The notes beneath the pieces were generated by a model. That model did no database searches, had not been told where the DNA came from, and saw only the letters and a program-made list of their open reading frames with translations. A program made the position numbers and the translations under genes. A stretch of DNA of 64,000 nucleotides from an uncultured delta proteobacterium (GTDB lineage Bacteria > Desulfobacterota > Desulfobaccia > Desulfobaccales > 0-14-0-80-60-11), in the NCBI GenBank assembly GCA_963812015.1, contig CAWETI010000002.1:1440001-1504000 (forward strand). Reading direction: 5' to 3'. This document shows, in pieces, positions 47,672 to 57,722 of this stretch (its first letter is position 1; each line of letters starts with the position of its first letter).

Positions 47672-47959
47672 ATGGCTATTAATGACGTTAATTTAGACGC
47701 GCAGCCGCTCAGCACCCATGAATTACACTCGCCAGCCGTGACACGAACTGCCCTTGAGACGAATCATGGGGCAAACCATCTAAGCCAATTCCCAAGGAAA
47801 TGCAAGAAACAAACTTCGGACGAAGAATTGGAGGAGGCGCGGAGACTCGGTTGTTACAGGGTGTTACCTTCAGTTTTAGGGCCGCATGAGAAGGTGAGAA
47901 CGTTGGATGAACTGCTCAAGGATATCGATGAGGAGGTGCGACAGGCATTGATAATATAG
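47672..47959 (+). CDS. Hypothetical protein
   Basis: AAGGAGG RBS; 95 aa; no motif recognised. Confidence 0.55.
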   Translation: MAINDVNLDAQPLSTHELHSPAVTRTALETNHGANHLSQFPRKCKKQTSDEELEEARRLGCYRVLPSVLGPHEKVRTLDELLKDIDEEVRQALII

Positions 47960-48034
47960 GACAAGATCGGGAGAACGAAGATTTAGACTCTTTTCCCTGA
48001 GCACCACTAGGATATTTGCGGGGAGGGTGAGAAA

Positions 48035-48229
48035 ATGAACGAAAATGGGAAGTGGAATGTTGTTGCCGTGTATATGGAAAGCCCACTATATTTCACCATG
48101 CCGCTGCGTAAGAGGTTGGAATTGGTTAACCGACAGCTCTTCTACAATAATACCCGTGAAGATTTGTTATATTGGGTTAAAACAGGTTGTTTCAATCCAT
48201 CATTAAGGGCAGGGCATGGGGTAAGATAG
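48035..48229 (+). CDS. Small hypothetical protein
   Basis: GGAGG RBS; 64 aa. Confidence 0.5.
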   Translation: MNENGKWNVVAVYMESPLYFTMPLRKRLELVNRQLFYNNTREDLLYWVKTGCFNPSLRAGHGVR

Positions 48230-48524
48230 TCTCGAGAAATACTCTTCCTTCGTTATCGGCCCCAGGAATATCCCCCCTACCTGGGGCTAATTTTTCCATG
48301 GTTAAAGCCGTATAAGAAGCAAATTGATAAATGAGAAGAACTTGCCACTATCAACAAATTCTTAGAAAATCCAAATAATTGAAGGTATGATCGGCATAAC
48401 GAAAGGGGTTTCTGGTGGGGGGCAAGCAGAGCGTCATGGCAGACAGCCGGGAAGACGGCATAGGGCATAGGCAGACGTGAAGGGGCCGGGGGCGGCGGTT
48501 GGATCTGATCTGAGGTCCGGCAGG

Positions 48525-49577
48525 TTATTTTATCAGGTTGGCGATTTCGCTATCCGACAGGTCGTAGATGCCGCAGCCGACCACCAGGTCCTCTCCATCA
48601 ACCTTGCACAATTTTACAAAGGAAACCTTGTGAGATGACTTTGACTCTCCCGGCTTGGGCCACCAATAATCCACCCACCCCGATCCCTTTTGTTGGGCGA
48701 CCTGGTTGAACTCGGCGAATATCGGTTTGCCATGGCTGTCCTTCCAGCCCAGTTGATCCTTGCCTTCCAAGTCGGCCTTGACGGGATGCATCAGCATCAC
48801 CCCTTTCAGGTCATTTATCCAGATATAGGTGCCGGAAAAGACGAATTCACTCTTTTTGCCTTTGAACTTCGGGAAAGCCGCCTTGCCTTCTTTTTCCAGC
48901 AGGGCGCAGGCCTGATTGACCTTATTGATGACCATGTCGCTGGTGGCTCGGGTGAAGTCGGTCTTGACGATGGCCGCCTCGGTCTCTTGGGCCAGTTCCT
49001 TGGGCGTCTCTTGGGACATAATCAGCTTATCAACCTGGTCGTCCGGCAGATCGTAAACGCCACTACCCACGACCATATCCTGTCCATCAACCTTGCACAA
49101 TTTGACATAGGAAATTTTGCGGGATGGACTGGGCTCTCCCGGCTTGGGCCACCAATAATCCACCCAGCCGGCGCCCTTTTCTTTGGCCATCTTGTTAAAT
49201 TCAACGAATAGCCGTTTGTCATGGTTGTCTTTCACATTGATGATCTCCATCCCTTCCATCTGGGGGATGGCGGGATGCATGCGCATTACCCCTTTCAAGT
49301 CATTGACCCAGATATAGGTGCCGCAGAAAATAAACTCACTGTCTTTGCCTTTGAATTTCGGGAATGCTGCCGTCCCTTCCTTTTCCAGCAGGGCGCAGGC
49401 CTTATCGACCTGGGCCTTAATCAAGGCGAAAGTGGGTTTGTTCTTGGCGCTGGCCGCACATGCCGCCACCGTCTCTTTTTGCAGTTCCTCCGGAGTTTTC
49501 TGGGCCTGGGCCCCTAGAGGTTGAAGGATGAGCAGCGCGAAACAACAGCCTATCGCTAGTCTGCCGATAGGTTTCAT
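48525..49577 (-). CDS. Periplasmic tandem Cache (sCache_2-like) protein
   Basis: Signal peptide plus two internal repeats (ACALLEKEG.AAFPKFKG..SEF..GTYIW.NDLKGVM.MHP...GWVDYWWPKPGE...K.S.VKLCKVDG). Confidence 0.88.
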   Translation of the reverse strand: MKPIGRLAIGCCFALLILQPLGAQAQKTPEELQKETVAACAASAKNKPTFALIKAQVDKACALLEKEGTAAFPKFKGKDSEFIFCGTYIWVNDLKGVMRMHPAIPQMEGMEIINVKDNHDKRLFVEFNKMAKEKGAGWVDYWWPKPGEPSPSRKISYVKLCKVDGQDMVVGSGVYDLPDDQVDKLIMSQETPKELAQETEAAIVKTDFTRATSDMVINKVNQACALLEKEGKAAFPKFKGKKSEFVFSGTYIWINDLKGVMLMHPVKADLEGKDQLGWKDSHGKPIFAEFNQVAQQKGSGWVDYWWPKPGESKSSHKVSFVKLCKVDGEDLVVGCGIYDLSDSEIANLIK

Positions 49578-51832
49578 GACAGATTTTCCTCACGCCTTGG
49601 CAAGGACACGACGCGTTGCGCCCGGGATGCTTCTCGTAACTTCAAGTTAATCAGGATCATGGCAATCTGCTCGACCACGGTTGAGAGAAGCTGTTGAGTA
49701 ATTTCCTTGGGTCGTTCGGCCAGGGTTTCGGGGAGCGCGCCATTTTGCCGGCTCTGGCGGAGGTGGAATACGCCCAAGGTCTCTCCCTGAGCCACAATAG
49801 GCCAGCATTGGTAACTGGACGGCAAGTCCGGCGGTAAATGCTGGCAGAGGAGGTGGGCGCCGGTGTCTTCCACCGAATAAGGTCGGCTGCGCCGCAGGGC
49901 CCAACAATCATCCCGGTCGAACACTTGCTCCTGGGGCGGAGACTCTCCCCAGACACCGGCAACTTCAAATTTGTCATTGAAGTCCGAAGATACATATATC
50001 CCACCGGACAAGTCAGGAAATAAGCGTTGCATATATTTGCCGATAACCGGGACGGAGTCTTGGAATTTTTTGCAGCCTTGGAGGAGATCTCCCATTTCAC
50101 TCAAGAGGCTAATATTATTCGCCAACATCTGGTATTTCAGCTCACCCCGGCGCAGTTCCTCTTGAACGAGCTGATGCGAGATGAATTCGCCGCCGTGGGA
50201 CGGATCCGAAGCGGCGATACGGGCAACTTTGTAGGATGTTGCATCCCAGGATACATAAAAGCCGACCAGGGCGAGAACGAAAGCGAGCATGGCGCCGACA
50301 CCCATCAGCCGATAAAAAGGAAGGGCCTGAATGGAGCCGAAATGGAACAGCGTCCACCCTTCCATTAATATAGGCTGAGTGTAGGCCATCATGGTCTGCC
50401 CGGCAAACTGATAATCTTTGCCATCCACCGGCATCTGCATCAGGATGGGAGGGAAAGGGCCAGGGCCGAATTGTCCGGAAGCCTTCACTTCCTTGACGGT
50501 CGATTCATCCATCGGCCACAAGCTATGGAGGACATCGGCGGGCTGATTGGACAAAACGATAATGCCATGGGAGTCTGCCAGAAACGTAAGGGAGTCGGGG
50601 TCAAAGGCGTTTTTTAACTCGCCGGATGTCCGGATTATCCGTTTGATTACCGCCACCCCGATAATAACACCCCGCTCATTTCGAACCGGGCAACTGGTAT
50701 AATACCCTAAATCCTTGGAGGTTACCCCCAAGGCAAAATAACGACCTTGCAACCCTAGAGACGCTTGCTTAAAATAAGGTCGGAAGCCATAGTTTTTTCC
50801 AACAAAACTATCTGGTTGGCTCCGATTAGAGGAGGCAATGGTTATCCCTTTGAGATCCATGATATAGCAAACACCGTAACCCTCTTCCGTTTGACTGTAA
50901 CGGTCAAGTAGCTCACTAGCCCTGGCGATGAGGGATAAATCGTTGCTGTTAGTCAGGGCGTTAAAGACTCTCGTTGATCCGGCCATCAGCTGGACAAGAC
51001 GATCGGCTTTTTCCATTTCATTGTCGATTATTTCTTTGAGACGTTGGACGGTCCTTTGGTTCTTAGCCAATAGATTGCTGGAAGCCTTATTGCCAAAATA
51101 GTTGATCCCCGAGCTCCCCACTATTCCAACTACAGCGATACAAATCAATCCGATAGTGGCCCCAGAGGTTACTTGGCGATATATCTTTTGAGCCCGGCTG
51201 TCCATCTCACGAATCTTAGCACTCTGGCAGAGGTGCCAGAGGCAGGCGGCTAGACCGATGCCCAGGAGGGTCCGAATTAATTGGATGGGAACTCCCGCGG
51301 CCGCGATAAAAGACGCGGAATTATCAACAAAGCAGGAAGCCAGGGCAAAGAGGACCATGATGACGCCAATCACCGTTAAGGTTTCTTGCCCCTTGGAAGA
51401 CGTTGGCGTCGTGTTAAATATGGTCCAGGCAGCCCACAGACCCCCCACCAGACTCAAACTAAAAATCACATCATCAAGGCCGGCGGCGCCGGTCAGTTTT
51501 CCCACCAGAAGGAGGCCCGCCAAAGGAGGATAAATCCACCACCATGGAACCGGGCGTTCGGCAGTAATACTACCGAGTCGGGCAAATTCTATGAGGAATA
51601 TTAAGGATAAGAACAGCAGGGCGGAGCTCACCTGAAGGTGCCCCTGCATCATCTGGTGGAGCATGGGTAAACTCAGTAATTCGTAAATCCCCCGACAGCA
51701 GGCAAACAGCCCGAACCAGGTCCACGGCAGGAGCCGATTGGTCCGCCGATTTAGGATGGGGGTCAGCCCCCCCACCAATAAGAACGCCAGACCACAAATT
51801 AAATAAAGAAGATCCAGTTGAGTTTCGAACAC
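49574..51832 (-). CDS. Membrane sensor: multi-TM N-terminus, DctB-like dCache, GAF; no catalytic output domain
   Basis: IASSN..QPDSFVGKNYGFRPYF...GRYFALGVTS (dCache); DDCWALRR...CWPIVAQGETLGVFHL (GAF); GTG start with GGAGG RBS. Confidence 0.82.
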   Translation of the reverse strand: MFETQLDLLYLICGLAFLLVGGLTPILNRRTNRLLPWTWFGLFACCRGIYELLSLPMLHQMMQGHLQVSSALLFLSLIFLIEFARLGSITAERPVPWWWIYPPLAGLLLVGKLTGAAGLDDVIFSLSLVGGLWAAWTIFNTTPTSSKGQETLTVIGVIMVLFALASCFVDNSASFIAAAGVPIQLIRTLLGIGLAACLWHLCQSAKIREMDSRAQKIYRQVTSGATIGLICIAVVGIVGSSGINYFGNKASSNLLAKNQRTVQRLKEIIDNEMEKADRLVQLMAGSTRVFNALTNSNDLSLIARASELLDRYSQTEEGYGVCYIMDLKGITIASSNRSQPDSFVGKNYGFRPYFKQASLGLQGRYFALGVTSKDLGYYTSCPVRNERGVIIGVAVIKRIIRTSGELKNAFDPDSLTFLADSHGIIVLSNQPADVLHSLWPMDESTVKEVKASGQFGPGPFPPILMQMPVDGKDYQFAGQTMMAYTQPILMEGWTLFHFGSIQALPFYRLMGVGAMLAFVLALVGFYVSWDATSYKVARIAASDPSHGGEFISHQLVQEELRRGELKYQMLANNISLLSEMGDLLQGCKKFQDSVPVIGKYMQRLFPDLSGGIYVSSDFNDKFEVAGVWGESPPQEQVFDRDDCWALRRSRPYSVEDTGAHLLCQHLPPDLPSSYQCWPIVAQGETLGVFHLRQSRQNGALPETLAERPKEITQQLLSTVVEQIAMILINLKLREASRAQRVVSLPRREENLS

Positions 51833-52356
51833 GTATTTGACCTCCCGGGCTAAGTTGGTACCGATACTGATAACTTTAAAGCGATAAATAATGGATTTTT
51901 AACGAGATTATAAGTAGGGAAACCCTAATTTATCGGTTCTAGAAACCCCAATATCCGAAGAAATTTCTACTGATGGTTAGACAGCGTCTTGAGATAAAAT
52001 TAGTTCAGGGCTAACAGTGACCTTCCTTTTATGGCGCCTGCCCCTGAAGGCTTCTTTTGCTGGCGCGGGTTTTTAACCTGGGCCAACTAATGATAATTAT
52101 TCAGCAATAGATGGGTATACTTCCCGGCTAGTCATCCGTCGCTGAGGAAAAATATCAAACCCCAGGTCCAGCCGCGAGATAAGAAAAATTCGGCGTGGCG
52201 GAGCATGGGGGAATCCCAGCCTCACCCCGGACAGATGCGGACGTGGGCTTTCGGCCAGGGGCGGCGGTTATGCATTTATGAACCCAGGCGAGACGCCTAA
52301 GCCACCGTTCCCCAATAAAGAGGAAACCCCGGCTGGAAGCCGGTGCCACGGGGGAC

Positions 52357-52384
52357 TTGACCGAAGGGTTTTTTATCGTATAAT
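52357..52384 (+). promoter_or_regulatory. Upstream sigma70-type promoter of the tRNA-tuf operon
   Basis: TTGACC-16 bp-TATAAT. Confidence 0.6.
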
Positions 52385-52467
52385 AAACGATTCCCCTGGG
52401 CCGCGGTAAGAGTTACGGACGGCCAGGCAGCCGGCGGGACCCCGGGGTGAGTTTTTCAGAAAAAACA

Positions 52468-52496
52468 TTGACAATCTTTCCATGGCCTCATACACT
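52468..52496 (+). promoter_or_regulatory. Sigma70-type promoter of the tRNA-tuf operon
   Basis: TTGACA-17 bp-TACACT with an A-rich upstream element. Confidence 0.72.
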
Positions 52497-52545
52497 TATA
52501 AAGTTAAAATTTGGGCAGTTCTGGCCTGGGAATATGGGGCACGAG

Positions 52546-52620
52546 GCTGGCGTAGCTCAATGGTAGAGCGCCTGATTTGTAATCAGGGGGTTGCGGGTTC
52601 GAGTCCCATCGCCAGCTCCA
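52546..52620 (+). tRNA. tRNA-Thr(TGT)
   Basis: Cloverleaf; anticodon arm CCTGA-TTTGTAA-TCAGG; encoded CCA. Confidence 0.96.
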
Positions 52621-52642
52621 GGGGGGCATATTTTTTCAGTCT

Positions 52643-52727
52643 GGAGAGGTACCCGAGTGGCCAAAGGGGACGGGCTGTAAACCCGTTGGCGTAGCCTACG
52701 GAGGTTCGAATCCTCCCCTCTCCACCA
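52643..52727 (+). tRNA. tRNA-Tyr(GTA)
   Basis: ACGGG-CTGTAAA-CCCGT, long variable arm, CCA. Confidence 0.96.
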
Positions 52728-52742
52728 TCATAGCCTCAGGAG

Positions 52743-52818
52743 GCGGGAATAGCTCAATGGCCAGAGCGTCAGCCTTCCAAGCTGAGGGTTGCGGGTTCGA
52801 GTCCCGTTTCCCGCTCCA
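52743..52818 (+). tRNA. tRNA-Gly(TCC)
   Basis: TCAGC-CTTCCAA-GCTGA, CCA. Confidence 0.96.
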
Positions 52819-52823
52819 CTTGA

Positions 52824-52900
52824 GCCCACGTAGCTCAGTTGGTAGAGCACATCCTTGGTAAGGATGAGGTTCACCGGTTCGATCCCGGTCGTGGGCTCCA
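52824..52900 (+). tRNA. tRNA-Thr(GGT)
   Basis: CATCC-TTGGTAA-GGATG, CCA. Confidence 0.95.
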
Positions 52901-53053
52901 TTTACCTTAAGGAAATAGCGTTGCCGCCGGTTCAGGCGGTGAGATAAAGCCGGAAGTCCCCCGCTCCCCGGGGCCGAGTTTTTGGTACTTTTTGCAAGTT
53001 TTGCAAGTTTTGTAAGTTTTATAAGTGGGCTAATCAAGTTTCGGAGATGTGAC

Positions 53054-54247
53054 ATGGCCAAAAAGAAATTTGAGCGGAAGAAGCCGCACGTGAATGTAGG
53101 GACGATTGGTCATATCGATCATGGCAAGACGACCTTGACCGCGGCCATCACCAAGCATTTGGCCAAGAAGGGATGGGCGTCGTACATTCCCTTTGACCAG
53201 ATCGACAAGGCGCCGGAAGAAAAAGAGCGGGGCATCACCATCGCCCTGGCCCACGTGGAGTACGAGACCGCCAACCGGCACTATGCCCACGTGGACTGCC
53301 CGGGTCACGCCGACTACATCAAGAACATGATCACCGGGGCGGCCCAGATGGACGGGGCGATTCTGGTGGTGGGGGCGGATGACGGCCCCATGCCCCAGAC
53401 CCGGGAGCACATCTTGTTGGCCCGTCAGGTGGGCGTGCCCTTCATCGTGGTCTTCTTGAACAAAGTCGACCTGGTGGACGACCCGGAACTCATCGAGCTG
53501 GTGGAGCTGGAGCTGCGAGAGCTTCTGTCCAAGTACGAATTTCCCGGGGACGACATTCCCATCATCAAGGGCAGCGCCCTGAAGGCGTTGGAGTCCGAGG
53601 ATATCAACTCGCCGGAGGTCAAACCCATCTTCGAGCTGATGGAGGCTTTGGATACTTACATTCCGGAGCCGGTGCGGGACGTGGACAAGCCGTTCCTGAT
53701 GCCCATCGAGGACGTGTTCACCATCAGCGGCCGGGGCACGGTGGTCACCGGCCGGTGTGAGCGGGGCCAGATCAAGGTGGGCGAGGAAGTGGAGATCGTC
53801 GGTTTCGCCCCCACCCAGAAGACGGTGTGCACCGGGGTGGAGATGTTCCGGAAGACGCTGGATTACGGTCAGGCCGGGGACAACGTCGGTCTGCTGCTCC
53901 GGGGCATCAAGAAGGACGAAGTGGAGCGGGGCCAGGTGGTGGCCAAGCCGGGGTCGATCACGCCCCACACGCGGTTCAAGGCCGAGGTGTACGTACTGAA
54001 CAAGGAGGAGGGCGGGCGGCACACGCCGTTCTTCACCGGATACCGGCCGCAATTTTATCTGAGGACCACGGACGTCACCGGGGTGGCCACGCTGCCCGAG
54101 GGAGTGGAGATGGTGATGCCCGGGGACAACGTGTCCATGGAGGTGACGTTGATCACCCCCGTGGCCCTGGAAAAAGAACTCCGTTTCGCCATCCGGGAAG
54201 GCGGCCGCACCGTGGGCGCCGGCGTGGTGAGCGAAATCATAGAATAG
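53054..54247 (+). CDS. tuf: Elongation factor Tu
   Basis: [52 protein letters not shown]. Confidence 0.99.
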   Translation: MAKKKFERKKPHVNVGTIGHIDHGKTTLTAAITKHLAKKGWASYIPFDQIDKAPEEKERGITIALAHVEYETANRHYAHVDCPGHADYIKNMITGAAQMDGAILVVGADDGPMPQTREHILLARQVGVPFIVVFLNKVDLVDDPELIELVELELRELLSKYEFPGDDIPIIKGSALKALESEDINSPEVKPIFELMEALDTYIPEPVRDVDKPFLMPIEDVFTISGRGTVVTGRCERGQIKVGEEVEIVGFAPTQKTVCTGVEMFRKTLDYGQAGDNVGLLLRGIKKDEVERGQVVAKPGSITPHTRFKAEVYVLNKEEGGRHTPFFTGYRPQFYLRTTDVTGVATLPEGVEMVMPGDNVSMEVTLITPVALEKELRFAIREGGRTVGAGVVSEIIE

Positions 54248-54322
54248 TTTGTAAGAGATATCGTCAGCGCCGGGGGCGAGGAAGCTCGTTATACGGCGAC
54301 ATGAGAAATCCTGGAATAAATT

Positions 54323-54472
54323 ATGAGAGATATCGTTACCTTAGCCTGTACGGAGTGCAAGCGTCGGAACTACACGACCACCAAGAACAAGCGGCGGACG
54401 CCGGATCGGCTTGCCTTTCAAAAGTTTTGTTCTTTCTGTCGGACCCATACCCTGCATCGAGAGAGCAAGTAG
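54323..54472 (+). CDS. rpmG: 50S ribosomal protein L33 (zinc-binding form)
   Basis: Manual translation: [49 protein letters not shown]. Confidence 0.96.
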   Translation: MRDIVTLACTECKRRNYTTTKNKRRTPDRLAFQKFCSFCRTHTLHRESK

Positions 54473-54480
54473 GGAGAGAC

Positions 54481-54557
54481 AGGCCAGTAGCTCCAACGGT
54501 TAGAGCGCCGGTCTCCAAAACCGGATGTTGGGGGTTCGAATCCCTCCTGGCCTGCCA
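54481..54557 (+). tRNA. tRNA-Trp(CCA)
   Basis: CCGGT-CTCCAAA-ACCGG, CCA end; canonical position between rpmG and secE. Confidence 0.96.
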
Positions 54558-54752
54558 GATAGGGTGTGAGACATGGGACCAAGGGGTCGGTAGGTGAGTA
54601 TCCACCATCTAACCGCACATAGATTCTCTCCTTGAATTCCCTTAACGGAGGTGCTCCAGGGTTAAAGCGGACCAGCCTGGATCAGTCCTGGGCCTGTGGC
54701 CCGGCGGCGGGGTGGCGGGCTCATTCGTGTAAGGGGAGCAAGTGAAACCGGT

Positions 54753-55073
54753 ATGAAAAAGATTAAGACCAAACCCAAAACGACCCTGAAAGAAGCCGGT
54801 GGCGACTCTCCCCGGGGACAGGTGGCAAAGATCAGGGCGGGCAAAGCGCGTCCCGGGTGGTTCACCAAGGTGCCGCCGGTGAAGCAGTATTGGGCCCAGA
54901 CCAAGGACTTTCTGGTGGAAGCGGTCCAGGAGCTGAAGAAAACCACCTGGCCGAATCGCAAGGAGACTTTGGGAACCACGGGGGTGGTCCTCATCCTGGT
55001 GTTCATCCTGGCGGGGTATTTGGGGTTGGTGGATTTCCTCCTGTCCCATTTCGTCCAGTATTTTATTCACTGA
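54753..55073 (+). CDS. secE: Preprotein translocase subunit SecE (start uncertain)
   Basis: ELKKTTWPNRKET followed by a single TM helix; synteny. Confidence 0.9.
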   Translation: MKKIKTKPKTTLKEAGGDSPRGQVAKIRAGKARPGWFTKVPPVKQYWAQTKDFLVEAVQELKKTTWPNRKETLGTTGVVLILVFILAGYLGLVDFLLSHFVQYFIH

Positions 55074-55090
55074 GGCAAAAAGGCCAGACC

Positions 55091-55621
55091 GTGTCCAAAA
55101 AGTGGTACATCATCCATACCTATTCGGGCTTTGAGCAGAAAGTCAAGGACGCCATAATGGAGCGGGCCCGTTCCCGGGGTCTGGAAGACCTGGTGGAACA
55201 GGTGCTGGTCCCCACGGAGACGGTGGAAGAGATGGTCAAAGGGGAGCGGAAGCTCTCCTCCCGGAAATTTTACCCAGGGTATATCCTGGTGCACATGGAG
55301 ATGACCGACGAATCCTGGCACCTGGTGAAAGACACCCCCAAGGTGACGGGCTTTATCGGCAGCAAAGAAGAGCCGGTGCCCATCCCCGAGGAAGATGCCC
55401 AGAAGATCATCGCCCAGATGCAGGAAGGGGTGCTCAGGCCCAAGCCCAAGATCAAGTTCGAGACCGGGGACAAGGTCCAGGTGACCGACGGGCCGTTTAC
55501 CAATTTCACCGGGGTGGTGGACGAGGTGCGGCCGGATCGGGGCCGGGTGCGGGTGATGATCAGCGTGTTCGGGCGGCCGACGCCGGTGGAGCTGGAGTTT
55601 ACGCAGTTAGAAAAGATATAA
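55091..55621 (+). CDS. nusG: Transcription termination/antitermination factor NusG
   Basis: GTG start; WYIIHTYSGFE, YPGYILV, GPF, SVFGRPTPVELEF. Confidence 0.97.
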   Translation: MSKKWYIIHTYSGFEQKVKDAIMERARSRGLEDLVEQVLVPTETVEEMVKGERKLSSRKFYPGYILVHMEMTDESWHLVKDTPKVTGFIGSKEEPVPIPEEDAQKIIAQMQEGVLRPKPKIKFETGDKVQVTDGPFTNFTGVVDEVRPDRGRVRVMISVFGRPTPVELEFTQLEKI

Positions 55622-55704
55622 ATGCCTTGCCTTGGCGTCTTGGCCTTTCGGGTGATTTTTCTCGCAAAGGCGCAAAGGCGCAAAGGCGCGGGGAGTTGAG
55701 ATAA

Positions 55705-56130
55705 ATGGCCAAGAAAGTAATCGCCCAGATCAAATTGCAGATTCCGGCGGGGCAAGCCAACCCGTCGCCGCCCATCGGTCCGGCCTTGGGGCAGCACGGG
55801 GTCAATATCATGGAATTCTGCAAAACTTATAATGCCCGCACCGCCGGTCAGGAAGGGACCATCATCCCGGTGTTGATCACCGTGTTTGCCGATCGCTCCT
55901 TCACGTTTGTGACCAAGACGCCGCCGGCGTCGGTCCTGATCAAGCAGATGGCCCAGGTGGCCAAGGGCGCCAAGGAGCCCAGCCGGGAAAAGGTGGGGCA
56001 GATCACCCGGGCCCAGTTGGAGGACATCGCCCGGCAGAAGATGCCGGATCTGAACACCACCAACCTGGAAATGGCCATGCATAGCATCGCCGGGACCGCC
56101 CGGAGCATGGGCATCGAGATTGTTGAGTAG
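55705..56130 (+). CDS. rplK: 50S ribosomal protein L11
   Basis: [29 protein letters not shown]. Confidence 0.98.
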   Translation: MAKKVIAQIKLQIPAGQANPSPPIGPALGQHGVNIMEFCKTYNARTAGQEGTIIPVLITVFADRSFTFVTKTPPASVLIKQMAQVAKGAKEPSREKVGQITRAQLEDIARQKMPDLNTTNLEMAMHSIAGTARSMGIEIVE

Positions 56131-56223
56131 CAGGGGTCAGGGCTCAGGGACCAGGGGCCAGAACCAAAGCTGACCCCTGATCCCTCACCCCTAACCTCTG
56201 TATTAAAAGGGAGAGTGATACCG

Positions 56224-56934
56224 ATGGCCAAACATGGCAAGCGATATCGGGAGGCCGCCGCGAAGGTGGACCGCAATCAACGCTATCCCTTCCAGGACGC
56301 CGTCAACCTTGCATTGGAGGTATCCTCCAGCAAGTTTGACGAAACCGCGGAGATTGCGGTGGCCCTGGGAGTGAACCCCCGCCACGCCGACCAGATGGTT
56401 CGGGGGGCGGTGGTTCTGCCCAATGGGCTGGGTAAAACCGTGCGGGTCCTGGTGTTCGCCAAGGGAGAGAAGGAAAAAGAAGCCTTAGATGCCGGCGCCG
56501 ATTATGTGGGGGCCGAAGACCTGATAGAACGCATCAAGGGAGGCTGGCTGGATTTCGACAAGGCCGTGGCCACCCCGGACCTCATGGGCACGGTGGGAAA
56601 GATCGGCAAAATATTAGGTCCCCGGGGGCTGATGCCCAACGTCAAGGTGGGGACCGTCACCTTTGAGGTGGCCAAGGCAGTAAGTGAACTCAAAGGCGGC
56701 AAGGTGGAGTTTCGGGTGGACCGGGCCGGAGTGGTGCATGCCCCCATGGGCAAGGCCTCCTTCGGGGCGGAAAAGCTCCTGCAAAACCTGGCGGCCTTCA
56801 TGGATACCCTGCTCCGGCTGAAGCCCACCACCAGCAAAGGCACATACCTGAAGGGCATCCATCTGAGCACGACGATGGGTCCGGGAATTCCCGTAGACAC
56901 CAGCGACGTTAAGAACCTGGTTCGCCTGCTGTAA
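56224..56934 (+). CDS. rplA: 50S ribosomal protein L1
   Basis: [27 protein letters not shown]. Confidence 0.98.
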   Translation: MAKHGKRYREAAAKVDRNQRYPFQDAVNLALEVSSSKFDETAEIAVALGVNPRHADQMVRGAVVLPNGLGKTVRVLVFAKGEKEKEALDAGADYVGAEDLIERIKGGWLDFDKAVATPDLMGTVGKIGKILGPRGLMPNVKVGTVTFEVAKAVSELKGGKVEFRVDRAGVVHAPMGKASFGAEKLLQNLAAFMDTLLRLKPTTSKGTYLKGIHLSTTMGPGIPVDTSDVKNLVRLL

Positions 56935-56946
56935 AGGAGGAGTGGG

Positions 56947-57627
56947 GTGCGTAAGCAAGAAAAAGCCGAAATCGTCCAGGCAATCCAGGAGAAGGTGTCG
57001 AAGTCGCAAATCGGCATCCTGACGGATTTCAAAGGCCTGAAGGTAGAGGATATGACCCGCCTCCGGCGGCAGCTTCAGGAGACCGCCGGTGAGCTCACCG
57101 TGGTGAAGAACACCCTGCTCCGGCGCGCCGCGGCGGGTGATTCTGCCATCAGCCCCCTGATGCCGCACTTCACCGGCCCCAATGCCCTGACCCTGGGGTA
57201 CGAAGACCCGGTGGCGGTGACCAAGGTGCTCATCAAGTTTGCCCAGGATAAACCGATGCTTTCGATCAAGGCGGGGGCCCTGGGGGGCCAGGCCTTGTCG
57301 TTCAAGGACCTGGAAGCACTGAGCAAGCTACCGGCCCGGGAAGTGCTGCTGGGCCAACTGCTGGGCGTGCTGCAGGGCGTGCCCACGGCCCTGGTGACCG
57401 TTTTGGCCGGGGTGATCCGCAACCTGCTCAACGTGCTGGTGGCGTTGAAAGACCAGAAAGCCGAGTCGGAGCAGGCGGCCCCCGAAGCCGCGGCGGCCCC
57501 GGCGGAAACGGCAGGTTCCGAGGCTGAGGCCGCGGCCCCGGCCGAAGCTGAGGCCCCCGAGGCCGAAACCGCGCCGGCCGAGCCCGAGGCGGCGGCCCCG
57601 GCGGATAAGCCGGAAAGCGGCGAGTAA
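56947..57627 (+). CDS. rplJ: 50S ribosomal protein L10 with Ala/Glu/Pro-rich C-terminal tail
   Basis: [29 protein letters not shown] start with AGGAGG RBS. Confidence 0.95.
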   Translation: MRKQEKAEIVQAIQEKVSKSQIGILTDFKGLKVEDMTRLRRQLQETAGELTVVKNTLLRRAAAGDSAISPLMPHFTGPNALTLGYEDPVAVTKVLIKFAQDKPMLSIKAGALGGQALSFKDLEALSKLPAREVLLGQLLGVLQGVPTALVTVLAGVIRNLLNVLVALKDQKAESEQAAPEAAAAPAETAGSEAEAAAPAEAEAPEAETAPAEPEAAAPADKPESGE

Positions 57628-57722
57628 GGGCGTTACCTAAAGAGAAGGCTACGGCGAAACACGCAGCCGAAATCATAGCAACATCTGGGACACTATTTGC
57701 TTGAGGACAAGGAGGAACAGAG

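Noticed and set aside
46750..52620. Prophage or integrative element at the tRNA cluster
   Set aside because: No integrase, phage or conjugation genes and no duplicated tRNA 3' end; kept only as a low-interest islet.
52990..53027. 9-bp tandem repeat (TTTTGCAAG-like, four copies) before tuf as a CRISPR or regulatory array
   Set aside because: Short degenerate repeat without spacers; no cas genes in the window.
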